Virus record (IMG/VR): IMGVR_UViG_3300037518_000230
Location: 1-60,209 of that record
Strand: one strand, 5' to 3'
Length of the DNA stretch: 60,209 nucleotides
From: a virus
Lineage: Duplodnaviria > Caudoviricetes
Each line of letters begins with the position of its first letter. Positions within the stretch are counted from its first letter, which is position 1. This document shows, one piece after another, positions 1 to 9,972 of the stretch. Made by a program: the position numbers and the translations under genes. The notes under the pieces were generated by a model. It did not search any database, was not told the origin of the DNA, and saw only the letters and a list, made by a program, of their open reading frames with translations.

Positions 1-127
1 GGAACGGCGGCGCAGGACTGGCCCGGATCCTGATAACTGGCGGGAGCGCGGCGCTGATGGTCGATCATCTAAAATCTGCCTTCGCTCATGCTCAGATCGT
101 TGACGACCCGATCTATGCAAACGTCCT
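1..127. repeat. Terminal direct repeat (assembly overlap); contig is circular
   Basis: 1-127 is identical to 60083-60209, and the ParM-like ORF reads through the join. Confidence 0.97.
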
Positions 128-158
128 AGGTTACTGGAAGTTCGCACAGAGGCTATGA
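1..158 (+). CDS. parM: ParM-like ATPase, 3' end
   Basis: ...ILITGGSAALMVDHLKSAFAHAQIVDDPIYANVLGYWKFAQRL*; ATGA overlap with the next gene. Confidence 0.88.
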   Translation, partial: NGGAGLARILITGGSAALMVDHLKSAFAHAQIVDDPIYANVLGYWKFAQRL

Positions 159-448
159 GAATTCAACTGCGCTTCTCGCTCGATCACGAAAGCGATCGGG
201 ATATCGTGGAATATATCGAGAGCCTGCCGACACATCAGCGCTCGGCGACTATCCGAGATGCGCTCCGAGTTCACATGCGGCACGACGGCGTTACGATCGG
301 CGATGTCTATGACGCTATCAAAGAACTAAAGGCGAGCGGGCTAGCCGTTCGCACACAACCGAAACGACCGGACCTAAAGAGTTCGGTTCATTCTAAAGCC
401 GAGGTCGATCCGGAAATTCTAAGCGCCCTCGATAACCTGGGAAGGTGA
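155..448 (+). CDS. ParR-like (ribbon-helix-helix type) DNA-binding adaptor
   Basis: Translationally coupled to parM; N-terminal beta strand followed by 'DRDIVEYIESLP...RSATIRDALR'. Confidence 0.65.
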   Translation: MRIQLRFSLDHESDRDIVEYIESLPTHQRSATIRDALRVHMRHDGVTIGDVYDAIKELKASGLAVRTQPKRPDLKSSVHSKAEVDPEILSALDNLGR

Positions 449-753
449 TTATGTACAACAACAATAAGCTACGGCTCCTTTATCCTCCCGGCTCGACTGA
501 CGAGGATACAAAACGTCGTCGGCTCCGGATCACGCTAACTCCGGAGACGTCCGAGAAGCTGGAAGCGCTTGTGTATGTTGGGCGCGGCGGCTACGGCTCA
601 GCGATCATCGAGCTCTCGTTGCGGTTCCTGCTCGCGCTGAGTGGTAAGCTCGATCTCGAAAAAGTTATGAGCGAGATCAAAAGCGTTATGACCGAAGAGG
701 GCTATCGAGAATTTATGGAGCATCTCGCCGCTGTTTATAACCAGGAGTGGTGA
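445..753 (+). CDS. Small putative RHH-like DNA-binding protein
   Basis: RRLRITLTPETSEKLEAL...SAIIELSLR pattern; overlaps the upstream stop. Confidence 0.45.
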   Translation: MIMYNNNKLRLLYPPGSTDEDTKRRRLRITLTPETSEKLEALVYVGRGGYGSAIIELSLRFLLALSGKLDLEKVMSEIKSVMTEEGYREFMEHLAAVYNQEW

Positions 754-756
754 GCG

Positions 757-1080
757 ATGGATCAATCCGATCTCGCTAAGAAAATGTTGATATGGGAAGC
801 GCTACAGAGGCAACTCAGACGGCTTGAGGAAGAGATCGCCGATACAGTCCTTATACTAGGCGAAACCCAGGTAGTCGGGAATGTCCGAGCGACATACTAT
901 ACCGGCCGTAAAACCTTCGATTATGAAATGGCCGGGAGAAATGCACCGGAGCCGATCGTCAAACAGCACACGACAATTATCGAGAAGGTCGATTGGAAGA
1001 CCGTCTGTGAATTGATCGGAGCCGAAGCGCCGGTAAAATCTCAGAGTGAACCGTCGGTGCGAATAAAGCTCGAAGACTAG
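757..1080 (+). CDS. Hypothetical phage protein
   Basis: ORF in operon context. Confidence 0.6.
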   Translation: MDQSDLAKKMLIWEALQRQLRRLEEEIADTVLILGETQVVGNVRATYYTGRKTFDYEMAGRNAPEPIVKQHTTIIEKVDWKTVCELIGAEAPVKSQSEPSVRIKLED

Positions 1081-1086
1081 AACAGA

Positions 1087-1116
1087 AAACGCCCACGGTG
1101 GGTACGTGGACGTCTT
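1087..1116 (+). terminator. Possible hairpin terminator
   Basis: acgcccacg...cgtggacgt imperfect stem just after the stop codon. Confidence 0.35.
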
Positions 1117-1192
1117 CGGGGAATGGGAACAGATTTGCCTCTGCCTTCCTCATTCTAGCTGATAATCGAATAAAGTCAATCCCCTTTGCCTA

Positions 1193-1221
1193 TTGACAAA
1201 ATGGACATTTCGTTATAGGAT
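1193..1221 (+). promoter_or_regulatory. Sigma70-type promoter with AAATGGACATTT operator
   Basis: TTGACA-17-TAGGAT, operator at 1199-1210, GA-rich leader. Confidence 0.8.
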
Positions 1222-1244
1222 TGTAGAGAGATCGAGAGAGAGAG

Positions 1245-1748
1245 GTGAAAATGTCCAAGATAAATCGTTTCCAGAGAGCACGGGCGATCGCTAAGAATAA
1301 CCTCGTTGGGATCGTCGAGCATGATCGTGACGGTCGGGCGAAAGTCCTTGTCGTTCCCGGCTCCGAAGGGAAGCGGTATGAAGTTATCATTCGCCGGAAC
1401 GGGAAAATGACCACCGAATGTCGGCTCGACACCGGTATCGGTTATCGGCCCTGCAAAGGCAACAATCATTCCGTGTGTTATCACAGCATCGCCGCCCTGA
1501 TCGTCGCCGCACAGGAGCGCGAGTGCGAAGTCGCGATCTGCCGGACCGAAGGCGAAGCCAAACTCCGGACCAGGATCGATGGCCGGAAATTCGAAGTAAC
1601 AAACTTTCACGGCGAAGGTAATCCGGTCTGGCTCGTCGTGAACGGTTGTGAGGATGCGCGAGAAGAAAGCACTCCGGTCGTCGAAATGACCGAAGAGGAA
1701 CGAGCGGAAAAAGCCCGCCTCGATTATCAGGCATTATGGGGAGAATGA
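1245..1748 (+). CDS. SWIM-like zinc-finger protein
   Basis: ECR...CKGN...CYHSIAA. Confidence 0.55.
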   Translation: MKMSKINRFQRARAIAKNNLVGIVEHDRDGRAKVLVVPGSEGKRYEVIIRRNGKMTTECRLDTGIGYRPCKGNNHSVCYHSIAALIVAAQERECEVAICRTEGEAKLRTRIDGRKFEVTNFHGEGNPVWLVVNGCEDAREESTPVVEMTEEERAEKARLDYQALWGE

Positions 1749-1749
1749 A

Positions 1750-4428
1750 ATGACCGTCGAAATTATCAAGCGCTCGACCTTCGAGAACTTTCTATGCGAT
1801 AACTTCCAGGCCTCCTGGGAAACCCTGGGCGTCCTTTATGGGGAATGGGTCTATCTCGTTCCCCTTAATGAGCGGGTCGGCGTTTACATCCGTTCCAGCA
1901 TCCACCAGAACGACGTCAGCGCCGAAGCCGGAGAGGATAGTATCCGAGTGATGCTCTTTGATCGAGAGGAACGCAAACATATCAGCGTCAAAACTTCTCG
2001 ATGGATCACCCGCGTTCCCGGATGGCAAAACCGCCTTCTCGATGCGATCGATCAACTCACACAATGGCACAGCCTCGCCGGATTTTGCGAGAAGTGCGGA
2101 GCCCCGAAGAACATCTTCAAGGTGAAGAAAGACGGGAAAAACAAGGATCGGATGTTCGGGAAATGCACCGTCTGTAACGACGGCTTCGTCTGGCTCGATG
2201 AGGTCAAAACCGCTTGGCTCGACGAGATCGAAGCCGAGGCAGCAGAGACCGATTCGGACTTGACAGAAATGGACATTTCTAGTATAGTTGACATCGAACC
2301 GAGAGAGAGAAAGGAAAACTCGATGTCATTGAACCCCTATCAACTAGAGATCGTCGAAGCACTCGCTAAGGGACCCCAGGTTATTGAGGCGTGCCCCGGA
2401 AGCGGGAAAACCCGCACAATCGAGAACCTCGTTGCGGCGCTGATCGAGTCGGGTGAAAATCCCGGCCGGATCGGTGCTTTTACGTTCTCCCGAAATGCCG
2501 CAAACGAAATGCGCTGGCGAATTGCTCGGACCATCTGGCCGGATGCGAGCGAGCAGAAACTCGCCTATTATGCGAACCCCTATGACGAGACGCTGAAATT
2601 CGAATACGAGGACCGGAACGACCCAGTGCACAATTTCTTGGTCGATTGGGTTTGCACGATCCACGCCCTAAGTTACCGGATGCTTCGGGCAAACGGCGAG
2701 AAGTTCCGGGTACTCTCCGGTAAGTGGGAATGGGAAGTAAAGGAGCTTCTCCGGGATAGCATGGCAGAACTCGATTGGGCTGACGAGAGCCTCCGAAGCG
2801 TCCGGGTATGGATCAGTCGAGCTATCACCAACCTGATCCTTCCGGGGAACTGCGAGAACTGGTTCGCCGATCGGATCGCCGCTCACGACGGCCCGGTCTG
2901 GAACGCCCCGAAGCTCGCCGAACTTTACCGTCGTTATATGGCCTTTATGAAGGCGCATAACCTGATCGACTTCGACATGATGCAATCCCGTGTAGTTTAT
3001 AAGCTCCGCAACGATCCGGCCTTCCGGCGATGGACCCAGGACCTCTTCGACTACGTTATCGTTGACGAGGCCCAGGACACGAGCGATCAGCAGAGCGAAA
3101 TCCTTTTCACGCTCGCCGAGAAGAGCGGGAACATCGTCTATTGCGGTGACGTCGATCAGTCGATGTACGCCTTCCGGGGAGCGCAACCGGCCGTACTCCG
3201 AGAGCACTTCGAGAGCCGATGGCCGGAAGTTCGCCGCTTCAATCTGCCGATCAACTACCGATCGACACAGCGAATTGTAAAGTCGGCAGCGTCCCTGATC
3301 GAGCGGAACTATAACGGCCCTTCCGACCCCTATCTAAAGCCCTTCCAGTATCGAGACGATGCACCCGAAGGCGAAACGATCGGCTATACCGAGTTTGGCT
3401 CGATCGAGGATATGGCACAGTCGATCACGCAGCTAGTGGTCGATAGCGATCGCCCCGGCGACTGGTTCGTTCTTAGCCGGACTCGTGCCGAGTGCGCCGC
3501 CCTCCATATCGCACTGATCGCCCAGGGTATCCCGGCGATCAACGCGGTCGGCGGGCTCCTCTTCGGAGCTCCTCACGTTCGTAAAGTCCTCGCCTATGCG
3601 CAACTCGGATGCAACTATCAGGACGCCCGGAACAATACCGAAATCCTCAAAGAGATTGCCAACGTCGCTACGGTTCACTTCCGGGCCCCGATGACCCGCC
3701 GCCGTCACATCGACGGGTGCGACAATACGAGGTCCTGGGTAAATTGCGGATGCCCGATCGTTATGGAAGAAGGGATCGACTATAGTCACTCCCGTTTCTA
3801 TGGTGCTCGCTCGATCGAAGAGGCCGGGAACTGGGAAGGTGTCGTAGCCCAACAGTTCGATCGCAACCGGGGAAATTATCCGACCATGAAGGCGAAGGGC
3901 TCATACGATCTCGTCTCATTCGTCAAGCGGATCGAGGCGCTACAGGATAACGCCCGGCTCGCCCTGAGACTTATTATCGACGAGTGCGCTCTCCCTTGGC
4001 TTCAAGCCGATGAGGGCCTGAGCGATGAAGACCTCGCCGAGAACGGCAAGACCGAAGACTTCGATCTCCTGATCGAGATGATCGAGGGCGAGATGACCTT
4101 AGCCCAGTACCTCGATAGCATCGAAGAGATCACCCGGAGCTCATCGAGCGAAGGCGAGAACGAGTGTGTAATTCTAGCGACCTGCCATTGGGCGAAGGGC
4201 GCAGAGCGAGAGAACGTTATCGTTAACACAACACGCCTTCCGATCGTTCCACCACAAACTCCCGAAGGCAAACTCCCGGTTGGCCGTCCTCCGGCGATCT
4301 CCGAAGAGCGACGTCTCTTCTACGTCGCCGTAACACGCGCGAAACAGGCCTGCTACGTTATGCATAGCAACGTATGGAACGGCCGGGAAACGAACCCGTC
4401 TCAGTTCGTCTATGAGATACAAAGCTGA
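1750..4428 (+). CDS. UvrD/Rep (SF1) helicase with N-terminal GRF-like zinc-finger domain; internal start at 2323
   Basis: ACPGSGKT, VDEAQD, GDVDQSMYAFRG, NYRST, HWAKGAE, EERRLFYVAVTRAK; CEKC..KKDGKNKDRMFGKC..C. Confidence 0.92.
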   Translation: MTVEIIKRSTFENFLCDNFQASWETLGVLYGEWVYLVPLNERVGVYIRSSIHQNDVSAEAGEDSIRVMLFDREERKHISVKTSRWITRVPGWQNRLLDAIDQLTQWHSLAGFCEKCGAPKNIFKVKKDGKNKDRMFGKCTVCNDGFVWLDEVKTAWLDEIEAEAAETDSDLTEMDISSIVDIEPRERKENSMSLNPYQLEIVEALAKGPQVIEACPGSGKTRTIENLVAALIESGENPGRIGAFTFSRNAANEMRWRIARTIWPDASEQKLAYYANPYDETLKFEYEDRNDPVHNFLVDWVCTIHALSYRMLRANGEKFRVLSGKWEWEVKELLRDSMAELDWADESLRSVRVWISRAITNLILPGNCENWFADRIAAHDGPVWNAPKLAELYRRYMAFMKAHNLIDFDMMQSRVVYKLRNDPAFRRWTQDLFDYVIVDEAQDTSDQQSEILFTLAEKSGNIVYCGDVDQSMYAFRGAQPAVLREHFESRWPEVRRFNLPINYRSTQRIVKSAASLIERNYNGPSDPYLKPFQYRDDAPEGETIGYTEFGSIEDMAQSITQLVVDSDRPGDWFVLSRTRAECAALHIALIAQGIPAINAVGGLLFGAPHVRKVLAYAQLGCNYQDARNNTEILKEIANVATVHFRAPMTRRRHIDGCDNTRSWVNCGCPIVMEEGIDYSHSRFYGARSIEEAGNWEGVVAQQFDRNRGNYPTMKAKGSYDLVSFVKRIEALQDNARLALRLIIDECALPWLQADEGLSDEDLAENGKTEDFDLLIEMIEGEMTLAQYLDSIEEITRSSSSEGENECVILATCHWAKGAERENVIVNTTRLPIVPPQTPEGKLPVGRPPAISEERRLFYVAVTRAKQACYVMHSNVWNGRETNPSQFVYEIQS
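2260..2288 (+). promoter_or_regulatory. Operator-containing promoter inside the helicase ORF
   Basis: TTGACA-17-TATAGT with AAATGGACATTT at 2267-2278; AAGGA RBS then in-frame ATG at 2323. Confidence 0.75.
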
Positions 4429-4539
4429 CAAACGAGCCAATATACTAAAGAAACCCAACGATGCCTAGCGACCCCTCCCTCCCCTCACCGCCTAGTATAT
4501 GGGGAGGAGATCGTCTCAACCGAGAGAAAGGATAAGATC

Positions 4540-5136
4540 ATGGAAATCTTAGAATGCACGCAGAATGAGGCTCGCGCTCTGAAATGGCTGGATATAAAAC
4601 GTCGCAGCGGAAAAGCGCTGGGACCCACTGTCAGCTTCCAGTCGTACATTTCGATCTTAGAAGACGTTACCTTCGCGACCGATGGATTCTCAATTCATGT
4701 GATCGAGACTCCGCGATGCTTCTTCCCTGAACTGATCGGAAGGTTCATCGAGCCGATCTCGATATCGATCAAGGATAAGTTCATTGTCTTCGATGATAGA
4801 GGGGATGTGAACGAGAGCCTTTCGCCCAAAAGACTCGACGTGATCGCAGGCGTTCTAAAGCCGAGCGAAAGCTCAATCGAGATTATGCTCAATGCCGATC
4901 TCCTGAAAGAAGTCCTTAGCCTTGCTTATAAAGACGGCTCCGGGACTCGGCCTATCGTTCTTCGCGTCCCTCGAAACGAGTCCGATCCGCTTGTTCTTCA
5001 GTATAGAAATACCACGGCGATGGCATCCGTAATGCAGATGCATCGAGGTAGAGGGATAAAGGGTATCGGCCACGAGTGGGCTTCTAAAATAAACAATATG
5101 TCGCCCGGAGCGGATACCCCCACATCTGGCGCTTGA
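4540..5136 (+). CDS. Hypothetical protein (weak sliding-clamp-like pattern)
   Basis: FATDGF and 'MLNADLLKEVL' resemble beta-clamp fragments; weak. Confidence 0.45.
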   Translation: MEILECTQNEARALKWLDIKRRSGKALGPTVSFQSYISILEDVTFATDGFSIHVIETPRCFFPELIGRFIEPISISIKDKFIVFDDRGDVNESLSPKRLDVIAGVLKPSESSIEIMLNADLLKEVLSLAYKDGSGTRPIVLRVPRNESDPLVLQYRNTTAMASVMQMHRGRGIKGIGHEWASKINNMSPGADTPTSGA

Positions 5137-5201
5137 AGTGCGGGATGCAAGAAGCTATACTAAGGGAGCCTCTAGCCGGACCTAATGGGAACAGGTGATA
5201 A

Positions 5202-5810
5202 ATGTCATTCGACGCCTCTGAAAAAACTAAGTGGGTATCTGCAAGCCTCGACGAAGACACCTATCGAGCACTCAACCGCCGGGCCACGGAGCTCGGCATG
5301 CACCCCAGCGTCTTGCTGGAACGCTATCTTATACGAGGCATTACGGAAGACGCCAAAGAGGGGAAGGGTGAAAAAGCGAGCATCGAGACACGCGTCTTCG
5401 TGCGCCTTAGCGAAATTCGAGGTAGAGGCCGGACCCGCGCTCAATTACAGCAGATTGCATACGATCATATTCAGGACCCAACCGAAGAGAAAGCCGACAT
5501 GCTCCGGTCCTACTGCGAAGAGGCCGGGTTTACCATCGAGGAAATCCTCGAAGAGGCGAACGACGTCGCTCAAATCCCGCTGACCTTCGATGACGGGACC
5601 GGCGTTATTAGCGCGATGCATTGGCTCCGCTCGACACTTCGGGATCATCCAGACGGCCTTCCATCAACCGGCGTTATGGACGCCGGAGCAAAACACGGCT
5701 TTAGCCAGCACGTTCTCAACGATGCAAAGCGCAGGCTCGGTGTGAAATCCGTCCGACATTCGACTCATTGGGCCTGGATACTGGAGGAGGAAGAAAACGA
5801 AAATGAATAA
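5202..5810 (+). CDS. Putative DNA-binding protein (N-terminal RHH-like, C-terminal HTH-like)
   Basis: WVSASLDEDTYRALNRRATELGMHPSVLL; FSQHVLNDAKRRLGV. Confidence 0.55.
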   Translation: MSFDASEKTKWVSASLDEDTYRALNRRATELGMHPSVLLERYLIRGITEDAKEGKGEKASIETRVFVRLSEIRGRGRTRAQLQQIAYDHIQDPTEEKADMLRSYCEEAGFTIEEILEEANDVAQIPLTFDDGTGVISAMHWLRSTLRDHPDGLPSTGVMDAGAKHGFSQHVLNDAKRRLGVKSVRHSTHWAWILEEEENENE

Positions 5811-7452
5811 TCCCCGCGATCTCGGCGTTCCTCACGACGAGTGGCGTCCTAACCAACTTGCAGCTTATCAAGCAACGAAGGAAATCTTCGATACCGGCGA
5901 GACAAAGCACGTCTTCTTAGAGCTCGGAACCGGATCAGGGAAGAGCGGTATCGCAACCGCGCTCGGAGCGCATCAGCCGGTCGTCGTTCTGGTTCAGACC
6001 CTTAGCCTTCTCGATCAGTATGAAGAGGCCTATGGCTTCGAGATTATCAAAGGACGCCAGGAGTACGATTGCGTCCTCGAAGAGAAGACTCGCGAGTGGA
6101 AAGCAAAGACCGGCTTCGCTCCGAAGGCCTCGGATTGTCACTTCCCGAAGATGCACGATTGCCCCGTCGCTCATCGATGCCCGTACCTTATCGCCAAGCA
6201 ACGAGCGCTCTCATCGAAGAGGATGGCCTGCACTTATCGCTATGCTTCTCTAAGCCATAAAGTCGCCGAGCGAGAAGGGATTGTTATCCTCGACGAGGCG
6301 CACGCGGCCGGGGAAGAAGTCCTATCGTTCGCCGAGTTCAACATGACCGAGGAGCGCCGGAGGAAGTTTAACCTCCCGCCGCTTCCATTCCCGACCGGCT
6401 ACGGGCCACAAGGAAAGGGCGATCTGATCGATGCGAAGGCGCGCGGCGTTATCAAGGACTGGATCGCCGAGAGCCGGAGCGCACTCCGAGCCCTAAAGGG
6501 GATCGAGGCGGCATCCGATCGGCAATCTCAGGTCAAACGGATGTACGATCGCCTGTCAAGACTAAGCTCCGATATCGGAGACGACAGGCAAGACTGGTTC
6601 CTATACCAGGGATCAGGAAACATGCCGACCGGATCATGGCAGACATTCGATCTCGTCAATCGCGCTCCGACCTACATGAACCTTCGACCCCTTAGCGCCC
6701 GGCCGATCGCCCCTGTTCTGTGGAAAAGTAAGGATCTGGCGGTCCTAATGTCGGCTACGATCGGCGACCCGGACCCGCTCGCGAACGAGCTTGCGATCGA
6801 AGATTATAAGGCGATCGACTTCCCGCATCCGATCCCGCCGGAGTTCCGGCCGGTCGATGATCTTCACGTCCCGCGCATGACTCGTAGCAATATCAACGAT
6901 AACCCGAACCTGTATGAAGTGCAGGCTGTCTCGATCTGGAACTGGGTCCGGCAACTCGACCCGTCTTGGAGAGGGATCGTTCTAACGACAAGCTATACAA
7001 AGATCAACGAACTAAAGAAGCACCTTAAGAGCCGCTTCAACGGCCGGATTTATGAGCCGCCCGATAATGCGCGTGGCGTGACGGCAAGGGTAAATGCGTT
7101 CCTCGCCGATCCACGTCCCGGCCTTATTGCGATCGATACCATTCAGGGATGGGGCCACGGGATCGACCTCTATGGCGATCTAGCCCGTTTTGCGGTCGTC
7201 GCCGGAGTTCCGCACTCTAACCCTAGCGACCCCTACGAGCGGGCCCGCACAAGCCGTCCTGGGGGCCGTAAGTATGCTTGGTGGACAGCCTATAACGCGA
7301 TCCCTCAGGCCGTCGGCCGTGTATCGAGAGGAGAGAAAGACGAACATGGGGAATGGATTATCAACCGCGCCGCTCTCGCTGATGGAAGCGCCACCGCGCC
7401 AACTGCCTTCCGGTACTTCCCTCAATGGTTCCGGGAAGCCATCCGTCGCTGA
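5803..7452 (+). CDS. DinG/Rad3-like SF2 helicase
   Basis: RPNQ Q-motif, GTGSGKS, Cys cluster (possible Fe-S), LDEAH, MSAT, QAVGRVSR. Confidence 0.88.
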   Translation: MNNPRDLGVPHDEWRPNQLAAYQATKEIFDTGETKHVFLELGTGSGKSGIATALGAHQPVVVLVQTLSLLDQYEEAYGFEIIKGRQEYDCVLEEKTREWKAKTGFAPKASDCHFPKMHDCPVAHRCPYLIAKQRALSSKRMACTYRYASLSHKVAEREGIVILDEAHAAGEEVLSFAEFNMTEERRRKFNLPPLPFPTGYGPQGKGDLIDAKARGVIKDWIAESRSALRALKGIEAASDRQSQVKRMYDRLSRLSSDIGDDRQDWFLYQGSGNMPTGSWQTFDLVNRAPTYMNLRPLSARPIAPVLWKSKDLAVLMSATIGDPDPLANELAIEDYKAIDFPHPIPPEFRPVDDLHVPRMTRSNINDNPNLYEVQAVSIWNWVRQLDPSWRGIVLTTSYTKINELKKHLKSRFNGRIYEPPDNARGVTARVNAFLADPRPGLIAIDTIQGWGHGIDLYGDLARFAVVAGVPHSNPSDPYERARTSRPGGRKYAWWTAYNAIPQAVGRVSRGEKDEHGEWIINRAALADGSATAPTAFRYFPQWFREAIRR

Positions 7453-8329
7453 TATTGCGGTCGGTTGGTTGCAGCGAAATGTAATACCGATCCCGATCGT
7501 CAACGGAACCAAGTTCCCGGCGATCGCCTGGAAGAAGTGGGTTGAGGAACGGCCGAGTGAGACGCTGGTTCGAATGTGGTTCGCGAAGGAGAGGGGCCTT
7601 GGTCTGTTATGCGGAGGCAAGAGCAACCTCGTCGTGCTTGACTTCGATAGCCTGCCGGTATTTTACGATTGGAAGGCCGTCTCCGAGCGCCGAGGAGGAA
7701 TGAGAGCGGCGATCGCCAGAACAGGGTATCGAGTTCGGACCAGGCGAGGCATGCATGTTTACCTGCAATCGACGACCGAGATCAGTACCCGTATGAGAGT
7801 TAACGACACGATCGACGTCAAAGCGAATGGTTATGTTCTGGCCCCGCCGACGATACACCCCGACGGTGAAGCCTATTATGTTCATCAATACGGGCCGATC
7901 GTTGCGATCGGATCGCTAACCGAAGTCCTCGACGTCGATTACAAGGCCACGATACAACAGTCGGAAATCGAGAAGCAACGCGAGCTCGATCCGCTCTTTA
8001 CCCCAAAGAACACGATCTATCACGGGATCATTCAGGATATCAAGATCATGCTTCCGATCCTAACGCTCGCTAACCGCTATACACAGATGCGCTCGTCGAG
8101 CGACTGTGGCCGGTGGTGGGTAGGGCGCTGCCCGCATCCGGAGCACTTCGACCGGAAGCCGTCATTCAAGATCGACGCCGTAAATAATCAGGCCTCGTGC
8201 TGGAAGTCGAGTTGTGCGCTTCACGAGCCGCGCGGCCTCGACGTAATCGATCTCTTCGCGCGCCTTCGGGGAATACGGATGAAAGACGCGATCATCGCCC
8301 TGGGGATGCAGTTAGGATTGCTACGGTGA
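7190..8329 (+). CDS. Bifunctional primase-polymerase (Prim-Pol) with C-terminal CHC2-like zinc finger; true start probably about 7346-7400
   Basis: LVVLDFD, TRRGMHVY, GYVLAPPTIH; CPHPEH..RKPSF...CW. Confidence 0.85.
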   Translation: MRSSPEFRTLTLATPTSGPAQAVLGAVSMLGGQPITRSLRPSAVYREERKTNMGNGLSTAPLSLMEAPPRQLPSGTSLNGSGKPSVADIAVGWLQRNVIPIPIVNGTKFPAIAWKKWVEERPSETLVRMWFAKERGLGLLCGGKSNLVVLDFDSLPVFYDWKAVSERRGGMRAAIARTGYRVRTRRGMHVYLQSTTEISTRMRVNDTIDVKANGYVLAPPTIHPDGEAYYVHQYGPIVAIGSLTEVLDVDYKATIQQSEIEKQRELDPLFTPKNTIYHGIIQDIKIMLPILTLANRYTQMRSSSDCGRWWVGRCPHPEHFDRKPSFKIDAVNNQASCWKSSCALHEPRGLDVIDLFARLRGIRMKDAIIALGMQLGLLR

Positions 8330-8733
8330 AATTATCTCTCGGAAGAATAGAGCTTGAGAAAAGCGGTATGAGCTTTATCAAGGACGCAAGCGATCTACCG
8401 CCCAGTATCATGAAAATCGATGCCTATAGCTACACCTTCCAGGCGGGATCGAGTAAACGCGCCCGGCGCTCGACCGGAAGGATGATCTCCGGTATCGACA
8501 AGAATCGTGGTGTTTTTATGATCGCCCAGGGTGATCGGCGATCGCCGACGATGGACGAAATGATCGCGCTCCGAAGAAAAATTATCAGCGACCGCAGCGT
8601 AGTTATGGCCGTCCTTCTCCACTGGGAAGATGAAGGGGAACCGAACACCCTATATGCATGGCAGCTTGCCGTTCGCGACGACAGCGTTATAGTGGACGCG
8701 CGCGGGAAGGCCATAGGAGTAGAGAAACTATGA
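8326..8733 (+). CDS. Hypothetical protein
   Basis: GTG start overlapping the primase stop. Confidence 0.55.
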   Translation: MKLSLGRIELEKSGMSFIKDASDLPPSIMKIDAYSYTFQAGSSKRARRSTGRMISGIDKNRGVFMIAQGDRRSPTMDEMIALRRKIISDRSVVMAVLLHWEDEGEPNTLYAWQLAVRDDSVIVDARGKAIGVEKL

Positions 8734-8984
8734 AACTCATAAATCCCGGTATCCTATATCAATTCGACTCAATCACACCGCCGCGCCTTCCGACCGAGCT
8801 CGATGGGGCGATCGCCGCCTATCGAAACCGGTATGAGCAGGATCCGAAGGCGATAAACCTCCACGAAGCAACGAAAGCGGATCTTGACGCCGCTCCCGAA
8901 CCATGGCAGAGTGAGATTAAGATCGTCGTCGCCTCTCACGTTCCTCCGGGTCACGCCTGGATGTTCGCCCCGGACGTGCCATGA
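8730..8984 (+). CDS. Hypothetical protein
   Basis: ATGA-coupled start, MKLINPG... Confidence 0.5.
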   Translation: MKLINPGILYQFDSITPPRLPTELDGAIAAYRNRYEQDPKAINLHEATKADLDAAPEPWQSEIKIVVASHVPPGHAWMFAPDVP

Positions 8985-8993
8985 AAGGACATC

Positions 8994-9173
8994 ATGAGCA
9001 ACTCGCACACCCTTATACTAGGCCTCCTGCTGTGCGTCCTGATCGGGAGCGTGATCGCGCGCGCTTCGGGATCGTCACTTCTAGCCGGGATCGTCGGAGT
9101 CGTTCTGATGGCGGGAGTAACAATGGTCGTCATCTACAACATCTTCAACGAGCGAGACGAGCCGCACATGTGA
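8994..9173 (+). CDS. Small two-TM membrane protein (59 aa, not in the ORF track)
   Basis: AAGGA RBS; MSNSHTLILGLLLCVLIGSVIARASGSSLLAGIVGVVLMAGVTMVVIYNIFNERDEPHM*. Confidence 0.6.
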   Translation: MSNSHTLILGLLLCVLIGSVIARASGSSLLAGIVGVVLMAGVTMVVIYNIFNERDEPHM

Positions 9174-9236
9174 CACTCAAGACGGCTTGCGTCCGTCGGA
9201 ATGATATTCGTATAGTCGTTTCGTATAGTCAGGACA

Positions 9237-9914
9237 GTGGGGTGGGGGGCTTTTATGCTACACCGACCGCATAGAATATGGACTTCCGTTCTTCTTTTCA
9301 TACTCGCCTTCTTGGCAATATGGATTTCATCATTTGCTGAACATACGCTCGATCTCGTTTTGTTACTGGTGGTCGGGCTGATGATCGCCGCCGCAGGCCT
9401 CGCCGATCTCGGTTACTTTATCGCCTCGAATTTTGATCTCCTTCCGGCATCGCTCGAAGAGGAGGCGCGCGCTTCGATCGTCACGCCTGAAGTCGAGCAA
9501 CTCCGGTTGATCTCGAATATGAATAGCGAACAGATCGCGCTCCTTCGAGAGCACTATATCGATCTCATTACGCTTCCGGGCCCGCGCGAGTTAATCCGCT
9601 TTGGTTCCGAGATCGAAGTCCCACGCACCTTTGTCCTTAGCTTCTTCTCGGCGATCGAGAACAATCAGCTTCCGGCCGTCCGCTGGTATCGATCGAGCTC
9701 GGCTGAGTTCGAGTGGGCCAACAAGACCGTCGCCGGGCTCTCTGGTCTGGGCTACGCTCGACGCGTTGGAGGCCCGTACTCCGCACGCCTCCTGATCTCG
9801 CCAATCGAGCTCGCAGAGCGCTTCCGGCTCACCGAGCTTGTCGAAATCTTCCGGGAAGAGAGCCAGGAGCTTACAGGCGAGCACAGGCGGGCCGCTGCGG
9901 AGCCGGAAGTCTAA
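9237..9914 (+). CDS. Membrane protein (two N-terminal TM helices)
   Basis: Hydrophobic N-terminal segments. Confidence 0.6.
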   Translation: MGWGAFMLHRPHRIWTSVLLFILAFLAIWISSFAEHTLDLVLLLVVGLMIAAAGLADLGYFIASNFDLLPASLEEEARASIVTPEVEQLRLISNMNSEQIALLREHYIDLITLPGPRELIRFGSEIEVPRTFVLSFFSAIENNQLPAVRWYRSSSAEFEWANKTVAGLSGLGYARRVGGPYSARLLISPIELAERFRLTELVEIFREESQELTGEHRRAAAEPEV

Positions 9915-9972
9915 GTTCGTAGTCTCACCTATGAAATGGCGTAAAATCGCTTAGAAGGGACAGGAGAATATC

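Noticed and set aside
1-127. Biological terminal repeat or att site
   Set aside because: The 127-nt length is typical of assembler k-mer overlap, and it falls in the middle of parM.
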